Below are positions 1 through 15,711 of a stretch of DNA of 64,000 bases, one piece after another. The stretch is from assembly GCF_009914755.1 (NCBI RefSeq), contig NC_060937.1, one strand, 5' to 3'. This stretch comes from the human T2T-CHM13v2.0 reference genome, Homo sapiens. Numbering within the stretch: the stretch's first letter is position 1; each line of letters starts with the position of its first letter. Made by a program: the position numbers and the translations under genes. Below the pieces are notes generated by a model. It did not search any database and had not been told where the DNA came from. It saw only the letters and a program-made list of their open reading frames with translations.

Positions 1-1450
1 AAAAGTTGTTCATTAGATATAGCAACAGAGATATCACTGTTGACTTTAGATTTTGTTGAATGGTAGCACTAGAGAACTTATTCCAGTAAGTGGCTACGTG
101 AATGAGAAATCAAGCATAGGTAGCATTTATAAAACAGACTTCAGAAACTTGGTTATGAAAGAAGGAAACAGAAGTTATGTCCAAACAGACATTTTTTTAT
201 TGTGGTTTTACGGAAAAAACCGGTACATATTTTCATGCTGATGAGAATAATTTAATCCTATTTGTAGGGGGAAGTTGAAAATACATGAGAAAACCTCCAT
301 AGTTGATACCATAGGATTTCTGAAAGGAGCCCTATGGAGAGAGTGGGCTTTAATAGGAAGAACACTTTCTCCCCTGGAGGAAAAAGCTGCATGTAAACCC
401 TGGTAGTTTGTAGGTGTGGCAATGGACAGGTAAGAGTATCCTTAGCTTATGCTTGCAGTTTTCATACAAGATCACTTCCTGAAGAAGGGCTGGGTGAGAA
501 GGTTGGAGGGTTGCTGAGATTGCAGTGGTATTGATTTCAGTCTGTGGAGAGGGGAGGGAGAACTGACCATCCAGAGTGAAATGCAGTTCTGAATGATGAA
601 CCTAAATTGACTGTGACACCAATCTTCTCAGTTGTATAATTTCCCATAAGGAGAACTGGGAGCTTGATAAGAGGATACAAAGAAAACACAAGAAACCAAA
701 GAGTTTGGGATATTTACAAATGCATGATTTAAATGATGGGCTAACTGGGTGATAAAGAAGGAATGACAATATTTTCTTGCAAAGAAAGAAAGCAGAAGGG
801 TTAAGAATGAAGTTCTCATTATGAGACTGAAGCTCAGTTCTGTGGAGGTCGTTGTATGTAGGATGGAATGATGGGAAGCTGTGGCTGAAAAGTGGAATAT
901 TTTGATTTATGATTTAGACCAGAAGCAGTCCAGGGTGGGACGGTAGGGGAGGGTGGTTGTGATAGAATAAAGAGAAGATAGTTTTAGTCTAGGAAGTCAT
1001 TAAATCTGAAAGTAAGATTGTCAGGGCAACTTCATATGGATGCTGAGGCAGCCTGGAATTATAACCGGAGATGCAGAGGAAGCCTCCAGCCACGCGGAGG
1101 CCTCTTCATCAACTGAGGAATGTCTCGGAGGGCTGGAGATGACAGCGATGGGGAGGTTGAGAGGGGGCAGTGCAGGGTGGTCCTACGGTCAAAGAAACCA
1201 AACACTTTACAGAGAGAGCAATGGGATAAAAAGCACAGAAAATTCCAAAGCGAGAATTATGTTCCTACTTTCTGACCTTAGAAAAAAGAACAAAGGTGCT
1301 GAAGGGAAATGTTATCTTCAGAGATCCATAGGTTTTCTGTAAGACAAGGGAAATGGAGGGACTGTTGTGCAAAAGGGTTGAAGATGTTGAAGATGTAGCC
1401 AAATGGCTGTTGACTAAGAAGAAGGTCCAGAGGGCATGGAGTCAGGTTAG
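1..1450 (-). mobile_element. Highly degraded LINE-2 (L2) fragments
   Basis: Purine-rich stretch resembling the reverse complement of the L2 body (e.g. gatatcactgttgactt..., cagacttcagaaacttggttatgaaagaaggaaacagaa). Boundaries approximate. Confidence 0.5.
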
Positions 1451-1785
1451 TGAGAGAGGGGAGAATGTAGGTTTGTTAAGGAAACACAGGGACGACAGTA
1501 AGGGATAGGCTACATGAGGTCTTTTCTCTCGGAAGGCCCTGGTATCCAGCCTAACACTTGCTCTCTGGCCTGGGAGGGGTTTCTGTCCTAGGGGTCCATG
1601 GCCTTTTCTGTGGGTCCAATGATGCTGACAGCTGCCATAGGTGCTGCCACAGTGATGGGGTCCAGTCCTGTGTTGGAGGGGTGTTGGCTGGGAGAGAGGC
1701 TTACTGATTGATGCTGTGTTTTTCTCACTTTTCATCCACCAGTCCACCTGTGTCCATGAGGCTCATGATCTTGACAGCCTTGTAG

Positions 1786-2179
<394 letters not shown>

Positions 2180-4504
2180 TGAAATTCCCATTTTTTATAG
2201 TCATTCAAACTATTTCTTCAGCAAAGTCCTGGTAAATGGAGACTTTCCAGACTGTTTCAGGTAGCAACATTACAGAGCCTACATCACTGATGAACCATTC
2301 TCTGTGATGTAAAACACTGGATTTGGAAATAGGTGTTGACAAGAGTTTTAGAGATGGTTCTCCTGCACATTCCTTTTCTCTACTAAGTTATAGCCTATCA
2401 TTCATGTCATTCATTTGACCTGCCTCGCCTCCAGAAAGCTTACCCTGACTTTTTTACTCTACTGTAGGGTTTCTATAAACTTTATCCACCTGAACACAGT
2501 TTTACACACGACCCAACACATTCTGGGGAAGGGTCACAGAACACATTCGTCTTAAATACATGTTTATTTTGACTTTCTGATCTCTTAAACTGAGAGTTCC
2601 TTGAATTCAGACTGTGCTCTGACATCATCCATTTTAGACAACTGCTGTAAAAATTGAATTAAATATTTGAAATTGCTGCGTTGTGGAAACTTTGGGTGTC
2701 ATCAGGGTCTGGGTCAGTGCTCCATGCATTGTTTTAATTGCCCTGACTACAACTTGCTGATGTCCTAACATTAAGATTCCAACATGTGTTCCACAGGACC
2801 ATGGCTTCTGTGCTGAAGAAAGCAAACACCAGACGCATCAGGCCATGGATACAGGTCTTTTAAGGAAGCAGTTTCTACTCTATGCATGAAACTTGTTTGG
2901 ATTGAAACCCAGTTTCAAAGCATCCTCTGTGTAAACTGATGAGCACAGGGTTTTGGCACTGTCTCCCTGTGTGCTTGATATCCAGATTTACTGTCTGATC
3001 TTGGATATATTTCAATGAAATGAGACCTCTAATAGTAGAGGAATAGATATTTGTGAAACAGTATGACAGTGATAGCAATTATTATAAAAACAAGAAGCAC
3101 TGCATAAATGCCTTATACAGTAATAATTGCGAGATTTAATTTGGAGTGGCTTTTCCTTATTTGCCCAATAAGTTCTATTTAATTATTTGCTGTGGCATTA
3201 AACTTCCAAGGGGAGCTAGGCATGGTCTCCACCTGTTTTAAATACTGTGTGTCTCAATCACAAACTTAACCTTGTGAAACATTAGAGTCTCAGTATCCAT
3301 GTTAAAGCTAATGTTTAACTGGAAAATGCATCAGTTAAATTTATCTTTTAGATTTTATGTAACATGCTTGCATGCTGGCACTTTGCATACCATTAACAGA
3401 AACTAGAATCCTATTCTTCTTTTGAAAGTTCATTTTCTTTTTCAGTACCACGAAATACCAAACTGAACTTGACTCCAAACATGCGCTCAGTTTCAAACTG
3501 GATATGAAGACCATTTAAGAATCATGTGTGAGTGAATTTCATTGAAAGAGAAGAAACATTTAAAAACTTTTAAGTCCTTTCTGAATTGCTTATACATATA
3601 TTCAGCAATTCAGTGATGCAGCCTGGATGTGCACAGACTTGGGTAATTGGTATAGCTTCAAGTGGACATTATTCTTCTTATAACAATACTGCATTTTCCT
3701 CCCTCAAACACTAACCTGCTATATTTACAATTACATTTGTTGCCAAATATATTAAGTGGACAAATGGGTCACTGTCTGCCTGCATTTTTCTGACCCAGTC
3801 ACAATTCATCAAGAAAAACAAAGTTTGGCTGGGATTCTGAAACAAGCACACTAAGCTGTAAATGTATACTTATGTTTGCATGTTAGAATACATCTTAGTT
3901 ACACGATAAAAAGGAGCAGGGGAGAGGTGGGTGCTTGGAAGTAAAAATGTGACCACAATGAAATTTTGACTGCAGCATTTGAGGAATGGTGGCAGAGCAG
4001 TTGGCATCAGCTCTTGTCTGCAGCAGTAATCAGGGCAAAGAAGCAATCTTCTGTGACCCCAAACTAAGAATGGAGTCTTGCTTTGAGAAACTCATGCTTA
4101 CCAGTTCAGAAGTAACATGCTATAGAGATTTTCAGAATACTAATCTATCTCAGATTAGTGTATTATAAAATAAAAGTGGACAAATATAAATAAATAATTT
4201 TTTCAAGTCTTTATAAAAATAGTAGGCTATTGCCTCATTTTAGGGACATAATTTTTAATGCCAAGTGAAAACTATGTAGAAATTCTAATTACAAATTTGT
4301 GTACAGCTTTACAATTATTGTATGTGTTAGATGTGCATGTGTTGAACGTTACTATATATCATGCTTTGTGCTGCTCATCGAACATATGAAGTTGCATAAA
4401 ACAGTCTTTGCTTTTGGGAGACTAAGTTCAGTGTGAGGGGCAGACACTAAAAGTAAATACTCCGATAACTGACGAGAGGGTGAATACCATAATAAAGATG
4501 CTGT

Positions 4505-4560
4505 TTTTCTCTCTCCTCTCTCGAGCTTCCTGTCTTTCTCTCTCTCTCCTCTCTCTCCCG
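4505..4560. repeat. CT-rich simple repeat
   Basis: ttttctctctcctctctc...tttctctctctctcctctctctccc. Confidence 0.7.
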
Positions 4561-4604
4561 TTCAGGATTTTTAGTTACAGAAAGGAGGTCATGGAAAGAT
4601 CAAC

Positions 4605-5713
4605 ATTTTAGCCCATTGTAGCTGCTGTAACAGAGTATCATAGACTGAGTGGCTTATAAACAACAGAAAGCTATTTTTCAAAGTTCTGGAAGCCTGAAGT
4701 CCAAGTAAAGACACGAACAGATTTGATGTGTGGTAAGGGACTGCTTTCTCATAGATGGCTGGCTTCCTTTTGTATCCTTACATGATGGAGGGGTGAGGGG
4801 GGTGTCTTTGGAAGTCTCTTTTAGAAAAGCACTAATGTCATTCATAAAGACCCTGTCCTTATGATCTAGTCATCTCCCAAAGGCCACACGTCCTAGTACC
4901 ATATTATCTTGAGATTAGGATTTTCACTTTTGAATTTTGAGGGGACATAAATATTCAGCCCTTATCATTCCACCTCTGATCTTTTGAAATTCATGTCCCA
5001 CTTGCATGCCAAATACCACCCCAATAGCCCCCAAAGTCCTAACTTGTTCCATGGACAACTTGAAAGTCTAAAGTCCAAAGTCTCATCTAAATGTCATGTT
5101 AATTGTATATGAGTGAGTCTCGAGGTATCCTGAGGCAAATTCCTCTCCAGCTGTGAACCTGTGATCTCAGGCATGTTACGTGCTTCCAAAACACAATGGT
5201 GAAACAGGCACAGAATGGGCATTTCCATTTCAAAAGAAACACATAGGAAAGAATGGAGTGACTGGTCCCAAGCGTGGCCAAAACCTTAAGGCTTAAGAAT
5301 AACCTCCTTTGGCTCAATGCTCTGCCCTCCACTGGCACAGGGGTCCTGTCTACTGCATACACTAAGGTGAAGGCTTCACCTTTGCAGCTTTGCTGTGCAG
5401 GAGTTGGGTCCCCAAGTATCTGAGTGCCCCTCCTCTAATGGCTTTGCTGGGAGCAGCCTGTGCTGCTGTTCTTACAAGTTGGAGGCTGTTCATGGCAATG
5501 TAGGATTTTACTAGCATGAACATCAAAATTCTTCGAGCCTCTACCCATTACCCAGTTCCAAAGCTCTTCTGCATTTTAAAGTATATGTGAAAACAGCAGC
5601 CTACTCCAGGTACCAATTTTCTGCCTTAGTCTGTTCAGGCTGCTATAACAAAAAACCGTAGACTGGGTGACTTGTAAACAATAGAAATTATTTCTACCAC
5701 TTCTGAAGGCTGA
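4605..5713 (-). mobile_element. MaLR element (MLT1A/MST-like): 3' LTR, shortened internal region and start of 5' LTR
   Basis: LTR motif gctgctgtaacagagtatcatagactgagtggcttataaacaacagaaa at ~4620 recurs as gctgctataacaaaaaaccgtagactgggtgacttgtaaacaatagaaa at ~5640. The ggtaccaattttc internal/LTR junction lies at ~5610. Confidence 0.8.
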
Positions 5714-7290
5714 TGTATTAGTCCATTCTCATGTCGCTAATAAATACCTACCTAAGACTGGGGAGTTTATAAAGAAAAGAGGTTGAATTGACTCACAGAT
5801 CAGCATGGCTGGGAAGGCCTCAGGAAACTTACAATCATGGTGGAAGGGGAAGCAAACACATCCCTCTACACATGGTAGCAGCAAGGAGAAATACTGAGCA
5901 AAGGGGGAAAAGCCCCTCATAAAACCAAAAGATCTTGTGAAAACTCCCTATCACAAGAACAGCATGAGGGTAACTGCCCCCCTGATTCAATTACCTCCCA
6001 CTGGGTCCTTCCCACAACACATGGAGATTATGAGAACTACAATTCAAGATGATATTTGGGTGGGGACACAGCCAAACCATATTACTTCACCCTGACCCCT
6101 CCCAAGTCTCATGTCCTCACATTTCAAAACACAATCATGCTCTTCTAACAGTCCTCCAAAGTCTTAACTCATTCCAGCATTATCTCAAAAGTCCAAGTTC
6201 AAAGTCTCATCTGAGACAAGGCAAGTCTCTCTGCCTATGAGCCTGTAAAATCAAAAGCAAGTTAGTTACTTCCTAGGTACAGTGTGGGTACAGGCATTGG
6301 GTAAACACACCCATTCCAAATGGGAGAAATTGGCCAAAATAAAGGGGCTATGGGCCCCATGCCAGTCTGAAATCCAGTGGGTTAGTCAAATCTTAAAGCT
6401 CTGAAATGATCTCCTTTGACTCCCTGTCTCACATCCAGGTCACACTGATGCAAGGGGTGGAGTCCCACAGCCTTGGGCAGCTTTAAGCCCTGTGGCTATT
6501 TAGGGTACCCCTCCCCCGATCCCAGCTGCTTTCACAGGCTGGCGTTGACTGTGGCTTTTCCAGGCACATGGTGCAAGGCATAGGTGAATCTACCATTCTG
6601 GGGTCTAGAGGAGAGTGGCGCTCATCTCACAGCTCCACTAGGCAGTACCCCAGTGGGGACTCTGTGGGGGTACCAACCCCACAATTGCCTTCTGCACTGC
6701 CCTAGCAGAGGTTCTCCATGAGGGCTCTACCCCTGCAGAAAACTTCTGCCTAGACATCCAGGTATTTCCGTACATACTCTGAAATCTAGGCAGAAGTTCC
6801 CAAACCCCAATTCTTGACTTCTGTGCATCCGTAGGCTCAGCATCATGTGGAAGCCACCAAAGCTTGGGGCTGGCACCATCTAAAGCAACCACCTGAGCTC
6901 TATGTTGGCCTCTTTTAGCCATGGCTGGGACACAGGACCTCACGTCCTGAGGGTGCACAAAGCAGCAGGGCCTTGGGCCTGGCCCACAAAACCATTTTTC
7001 CCTTCTCGGCCTCCAGGCCTGTGATGGGAAGGGATGCTGTGAAGTCTCTGACATGCCCTGGAGACATTTTCCAAATTGTGTTGGTGATTAACATTTGGCT
7101 CCTTGTTACTTATGCAAATTTCTGCAGCCATCTTGAATTTCTCCTCCAAAAATGGGTTTTTCTTTTTTATTGCATCATTAGGCTGCAAATTTTCCAAACC
7201 TTTATGCTCTGCTTCTTTTTGAATGCTTTGCTGCTTAGAATATTCTTCCACCAGATACCCTAAATCCTCTTTCTCAAGTTCAAAGCTCAT
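5714..7290 (-). mobile_element. THE1-type MaLR: LTR (5714-~6083) plus truncated internal region (~6084-7290)
   Basis: tgtattagtccattctc...aaagaaaagaggttgaattgactcacag...tggggacacagccaaaccata, followed by THE1-int sequence. ORF 6940..7290(-) (LGYLVEEYSKQQSIQ...ENLQP) is a remnant of the MaLR internal ORF. Confidence 0.9.
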
Positions 7291-7985
7291 ATAGCATATT
7301 TGTTTTGAGTGTCTTACTACTTTATTACCAAATTTAAATCAAATAAGATCTGTTTTATACCATTGTATATTCAGGCAGAATTAAGAGAATGCCAATATTG
7401 TTTAATGAGTATAGAGTTTTGAATTTGCAAGATGAAAATAGTTCTGGGGACATGGTCCAAATATCTATATGGAAAATTCTTCACAAGTATTTTTCCTTTT
7501 TGTCAAATTAAGAAGGCTAATATATATGTTTGGACTAAAGCATGCTGTGAGGCCTGCTGTAGTTTACTCTATAAAGCAAAACCCAAGTTTGTGATTCTAA
7601 GGGAAGATTGAACCTCACATGTACTTTAGCATTATAGGAAGTAACGCAAAGAAGAGGGTGACAGGGAAAGACAGACTGAAAATCTGTGGGCCATTGATAT
7701 GAAAAAAGGGATTCTTTGTCACGTTGCCTAGACCTCAATCCTGCAAGCAAGGCCACAGACAGAGAGCAGGGAGGTTTGTTTTGCACTTCTACACTGCCAG
7801 CTTTAGCTACAGGCACACATTTACTTCTCAACCCTCTCTCATGATGTAGATTTCATTAGTCGTAGTTGACAATTAAGGAGAGTGAGATTAAAAATCTGCC
7901 CAAGGCCATTCAGATACAAATTTGCAGAACATTCAAATCATCATATATTTTTATTATAAAATTCATAATTTAACCCATATTTCTT

Positions 7986-9681
<1,696 letters not shown>

Positions 9682-10942
9682 ATTTTGATACCTGTATAAG
9701 ACAAAAATGTAAAATATGTAAGCACATCTGTCTACTATCCAAAGAATATGCTTCTGATGTTTATTTCATTTGTTTATAAAATCATAATAGTAAAATTTTA
9801 GGGACAATATTCATTGGATCCTAATTTTGTCATCAAATGTTGCTTAACATATTGACATGTGCTTTATTGTCACCTTGTTTAGGTCTTTGTTGAAAATTAT
9901 AGAAATGTTTAATTCACTAATTTATCATAGTTTCTATTTCCTAAGAACTGTGCCACTTGGTGAAAATATTTCCCTATTTAAAATAATTCCCCATACATTC
10001 CATATATATTTCCTTTAATTTTCATGTAAAGGTTGTTAAATATATTTATTAAATATATTATTTTATTAAAATATAGTATGTGGCATGGGATTTTAAAAAT
10101 GTTTTTTTACAAAAGCACTAAAATTATAACTTTCAAATATGATAGACTTCTTTATGCACAATATTTATTCATAAGCAAATCCAAAATAATTGGCTATATA
10201 CATTTTACTCTCAAAGGACAAGTTTGAGTGGGCGTCTTTACAAATTCAAGCAGTGGAATCTGCTAAGAATCTGATTTAATGTGTATAACTCTATTTAAAA
10301 TTTAATCATTACCATAATAAAGACATCATTATAGAATGATAATCCAAATGGTAATTGACTTTTCAATTTTGTTGCTTCAAGGTCAACATGGTGGCAGAGC
10401 AGCCTGTTCCTTTCTTTGCTTTGTGACATCCCGTTTCACTGTGCTAAATAGTTCATAGTGTAGATTGATACGGCTTTTGGCCTCACTCTCTGAGCTGGAT
10501 CAGAATATTGGTGGTTAGTGGCAGTGAAATTAATGAGCCCACCACTCTGCCTCATTCTCCTCTTCCCTCTTTAAATGGCAATTACAGTGACACCATTCAT
10601 GTTACTGTGGTTAAGCATTTTCATGAGAAAAACCAGTCTTTTCCAAGAGTAATATTTCACCTATAAAACCAGCCTACAAATTTAAATTAGAAAGAAAAGA
10701 TACAAACCAATAACACTGATATTGTAAGCTTGAGAGTATAATGAGAAACAGTAAAAACAGGGCAGCCATGTCGTGTAGTGCAGGTTGTGCACTGAACAAT
10801 TCCAGAGAATGCGATTCACATGGAACTATACATCATCATTTTCATTTTACTAATTAGTTTAAGCAACTTACAAGTAACTCAGGAAATAAACTACAGTTGT
10901 GATAGGCTAAAATTCAGTTGATGAATAAATACTTCAGAAATA

Positions 10943-11249
10943 GGCTGGGTGTGGTGGCTCACACCTGTAATCCCAGCACTTCAGGAGGCTGAGGTGGGCA
11001 GATCATGAAGTCAAGAGATCGAGACCATCTTGATCAACCTGATGAAATCTCGTCTCTGCTAAAAATACAAAAATTAGCTGGGTATGATGGCACACGCCTG
11101 TAGTCCCAGCTACTCAGGAGCCTGAGGCAGGAGAATTGCTTGAACCCAGGAGGAGGAGGTTGCAGTGAACCATGATCACACCACTGCACTCCAGCATGGC
11201 AACAGAGTGAGATGCCATCTCAAAAAAAATAAAATAAAATAAAAAATAA
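10943..11249 (+). mobile_element. Alu SINE (AluSc-like)
   Basis: ggctgggtgtggtggctcacacctgtaatcccagc...gatcatgaagtcaagagatcgagacc...(AAAAT)n tail. Confidence 0.96.
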
Positions 11250-12654
11250 AGTGCATTAAAATTATAGATGACAGGTAAAAAAGAAAACTCATCTGTTGTG
11301 TTGAACACTGGGTATGACAGTTCAAGCAGGGACAGCAGCTGCTAAAGGTGATATAAAAGTTGATGACTAATGCACTGAAGGTTTACCTTGCATAATATAG
11401 GAGTGAGAGTTCACAGGAGGATTATTTTTTTCTTCTACACTTTAATTCCTATTTTTGTAACCAGGAAGTAAAGATTTTCTTTATAGCTGAGGCTTGGGCA
11501 GCAGGCAAGGTGCGTCAATTGCTCTGAGCCATTGGAATTAACCAAAGGTGTTTATTTAGAGATTAATTCTTCCATCATGCCAGATGGTGCACCGAATATG
11601 GCATTGTCTGTTTTTTAGAGCATACTTTCTGGGCTTCAGGTTTTTATTTAGGCCGTGATATCAGGCGCTCTAAAATTTTACTCCTTAGTGGTAACAAATT
11701 AATTTTAAGCATCTTTCTTTTGTAATTGGAGGCAATTTCATTGAACCCCATACAAAGGCCATTATAATTAGGATCTATCAACTGAAAAGAATAATAACAT
11801 TTTGCAGAGATTGCCTTTCCTCTACTACGTTCTTTTAAGTTCTTAAACATCCATTTGGGTTTATTTACTGGGTTTCCCCACTAAAGATATAAGTAAGTTT
11901 GCCTTTGTTTTACAGCTGAAAATAGTTCAGCCAAGAAGAAAGAGCTGCACCCCTAGGGAAGGAGAATGAAGAAAGAGTCTGGGGCATAGTGAGCTATGCT
12001 GGGGTGTTAGGGAATCTCAGAGACTGGTTTCCCTGAAAAAGGTACCTGGACATTCCAGACCAAAGGCCATCCCAAGGGTGAACACCTGAACTCCCACGGA
12101 GTGCTTGTTACTCTCTGAAATGCCTGGGGCTGCAGCAGTCACAGGAATGAACAGGGAAAGAGGATACAAATCAGGACTTTTTACACATTAGACCTTGAGG
12201 TCCCAAAGGTAGGACTGTGCCTCAGCCTTCTTTTTTACCACATGCCTGGGAATATTCCTTGCACCTGGTGGCTGCTTAAGGCAAGTTTGTTTAAATGAAA
12301 GAATAAATACATGATTGTGTTTCCACACACATTGTCTCATTTGATTCTCACAACAGGCTGCCTTGAATTTTGTTTTAATGAGTACTACTGAACACCAAGA
12401 AGGCTGACAAATATAATTAAGAGAGTGTGTCTGACATCAAGTAGGCATCTGAGTTGCCGGTATACTATGGACACATAAAGGTATGCTGAATCAAAACCAT
12501 GGCTGAATCTAACTTTGTGGGGTGTAAGGGAGTAGTGGGGGGACAGGAGGAAGGATTTGCAGACTAACACTATGGATACCTGGAGTCTTGAAAGGTAAGC
12601 AAACATTCTTAATGAGTAAAGGAAATTATTTCAAGAAAGAGGCTTCATGTCAGT

Positions 12655-12796
12655 GCATACCTAATCACCTAGGGAGATTACATTAAAATGCAGATCATTC
12701 TGATTCAGCAGATCTGGGGTGGGATTTGCAATTTTGCATTTCTAATAGGTCTTAGGTGATGCAGATGCTGCTGGTCCATGAACCATACTTTGAGTG
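12655..12796. mobile_element. MER5A-like hAT-Charlie DNA transposon relic
   Basis: aatcacctagggag...taaaatgcagat...tgattcagcagatctggggtggg...tttgcatttctaa...ggtgatgcagatgctgctggtccatgaaccatactttgag. Confidence 0.8.
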
Positions 12797-13149
12797 TCAA
12801 GACTCCAAAAAAGTCACATTTAAAGAAATATAAACAATCTATCACATGCAGATCATTGTTTCCAAAGTGATGGGCATGTGTCCCATGGGACATGCAAGGT
12901 GGGCCTGGGAAGGAGATATCACAGCTTCTTTTATTTTCATGTTAACGTCCAAAAGTTTCTATTTTTGTTTATGTTTAGCAAACACGACATATTTAAGTGA
13001 CAAAACATGTAAAAGACTAACAAAATGATCTATCTATATTTGAGTATGTGTTCAACTTTTTACTTATGAGGAGGTTAATGCTAAAATAACAAAATGAGGA
13101 GTGTAGGCAGAACTGGTGTAGTGCCCAGGAAAAGGCAAGGCATAGATTG

Positions 13150-13275
13150 CTAGCTCATTTTTAAGATGAACACACTGAAGCTCTGAAAAGTCAACTGACC
13201 TGCCCAAGTTCGCAAAGCTGAGGCCTGAGTACAGACCTTTTGACTCCAAGTCTAGTGCTCTTTCCTCTCCTCTGT
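13150..13275 (-). mobile_element. MIR SINE fragment
   Basis: ctcatttttaagatgaacacactgaagctctgaaaagtcaactgacctgcccaag...tgactccaagtctagtgctctttcc (MIR core). Confidence 0.7.
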
Positions 13276-14669
13276 GCTTGGGCACTTGGCTAGAGAACAG
13301 AGCCATAAAACAAATTAAAGCACGAGGGGAAAATCTTCACCTACAAATGCACTTTTCTTCTGACCTCCAATGAAACACAAGCAGAAAAGGAAAGTTGCAA
13401 AAGCCAGATTGTCTTACATAAGCATCTCATTTGAGATAAAACCTTCCTTGCTGGTATCATTAATCACCTTACCTCTTCCCTTCCTCTAGGAATCCCTGGT
13501 GACAGAGCAACCCAAGCTGTTTTGTGTCTGTATTGCAGCTACCTCAAGATCAATTAGTATTTTTCACAAAGCTGTCATGTAGGAAGACGATAGGGGATGC
13601 AGACAAAGTCAACTGTTGAGAGGCCACAGTGTGTAGTTGAGTAGTTGGTGAGGACACTGACACGGCCTCCTGACATCTTATGGTGTCAGCCTGAGCTTTG
13701 AATATGGCCATTTATGATTTTATGGTAATGAAAGAACAAAGCCATAACCTAGGGAGCAGGGGTAGAGAGTGACATTAGCCATGGAGGTACTTGCTTCGTT
13801 AGCTGTCTTGCAAACAAGATGAATTCTATTTTAACATTGCAAAAGGCCCTTAGCAAGTCACCTCCTGAGAGTCAGCCCTTACGGATGTACTGGACTTGCC
13901 TGCCCAGCAAATGAAAAACAAAAGCCATGTGCAACATTAACAAACAATTAAAAAATATTTGGAATGTATGCATGCGCTCTCCTTTGCCTCTGTATCCAGA
14001 ACTTTCTCTGTTGTTATTTTTGTTACTTTCTTAGGCCCTGCAGGCATTGGAGGTTTGAACTTTCAAGATATTCAACTCCTTCCAAGGGCTGACCTGACAT
14101 CTCTGACTAGAGACTTCTTAGAGAATAGACTCTCATGGGTCCTTTATCATTTTGTGTTGAATCATTCTTTAATACCTCTCCAACATGATTATGAACCCCT
14201 GTAAGTAATTTACTCTTGATTGATTGATTGATTCACTCAGTTATTTGATTATTAACTTTAGCCAGCCAGCCATATCTAGCACCTACCAAGTGCTGGTCAT
14301 GGTGAGAAATGCGGGAGAAATAGTGTAACTGCCACCCTTACCTGTGAAGAGTCCCATTCTAGTGGGGTGGCAGATAAGCAGGTAATCACAGTCTAGTGGG
14401 ATGCCTGCTGGCATGGAATAGAACCAGTGATGGAAAGAAACTGGTTTTTGGTTTCAGGTCTTGCAATTGTTAGCAGTGGGAGATGGTACTTCCAAAGGGC
14501 TTTGTGATTTCTGGGGACACCAGCAAATGCAATAATAGAGGAGAGGAAAGTGGGATTTACTGAATATTGAGCTTCTTATAACTATATTATATATAAATAA
14601 ACATATGCACACATAATACCCACCCATGTGTATACACACATATATGTATAGATATACTTACAGATATAA

Positions 14670-15345
14670 GGACACATAATACTTATATAAGAAATCTAAA
14701 ATAGTTAAACTCATAGAAGCAGAGAGTAGGATGGGGGTTGCCAGACATGAAGGAGAGCCGGCTATGGCAAAGTGATGGTTAAGGATGCAAAGTTTCAGTT
14801 ATGCAAGACAAATGAATTCTGGAGATCTGGTATTTAGCATAACACCTATAGCTAACAACATACATATATACATAGGTACATATGTACATACATGCATAGG
14901 TACATAGGTACATATATACATAGGCACATATGCACATATCTACACAAACACACATATACATAGACATGAAAAATAGACATAAATACACACATTAGTACAT
15001 ATATAAAAATGTATTTTTCTTTTTTATGGCAAGAACACTTAACATCCAGTCTCAGCAATTTTAAATATACACTACAGTATTTTTAGTTATCGGCGCTATG
15101 CTGGATAGCAGATACCTAAAACTTCTGTATCTTGAGTAATTGAAACTTTGTACCCTTAACCATCACCTCCTCATTTCCCCCTCTGCTTCATCGCTGGCAG
15201 CCTCCATTCTACTCTCTGCTTCTATCAGTTTGACTAGTTTCGATTTCACATGTTAAGTGAGATCATATAGTGTTTATTTTTCTGTGTCTGGTTTATTTCT
15301 CCTAGCATAACGTTCTCCAGGTTTTTCCATATTGTTGCAAGGATG
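14670..15345. mobile_element. Two old L1M 3'-end fragments in opposite orientation (+ ~14670-14860; - ~15020-15345), separated by (TA/CA)n low-complexity DNA
   Basis: aaactcatagaagcagagagtaggatggggg...tctggagatctg on +; taagtgagatcatatagtgttt..tctgtgtctggtttatttc on the other strand. Confidence 0.75.
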
Positions 15346-15646
15346 TTTTAAAACAATTTTATTCACAGCTATCCTGAGGCATTAATATTTCCCTCTTACA
15401 AACAATTAGATTAAAATGTAGAAATTCTGAAAACTTGCCAAAGTTACTCTGAATCCATACAGTTTTGGCTCCAAAGCCAGCATTTCAGAAAGCATTTCCT
15501 TAGAATGAAGACACGAAGCCCGGTTCCTAGCACCTTCCCATAAATGTTTTAATTGAGTTTATAGAAAAGAAGCACTGTAGTTGCTCTTGCAAGTTTTCGT
15601 GGGTTACGGGAGCTACTTGCCTTCTCCCTTTTACACCCAGATTCTG

Positions 15647-15711
15647 AGATTCTGGGTCCCAGATCCTTTCTTAGATTCTGGGTCCCAGACTTTTTTCTTA
15701 GATTGTGGGTC
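15647..15711. repeat. Short tandem repeat, 26-27-bp unit, ~2.5 copies
   Basis: agattctgggtcccagatcctttctt / agattctgggtcccagacttttttctt / agattgtgggtc. Confidence 0.85.

Noticed and set aside
6638-7290. 138-aa and 116-aa ORFs
   Set aside because: Remnants of the THE1 internal region, a common source of false gene predictions.
13465-14206. Strong-looking splice acceptor (cctcttcccttcctctAG at 13489) and donor (CCT/GTAAGT at 14201)
   Set aside because: No consistent reading frame or partner exons; such isolated signals are expected by chance in 64 kb.
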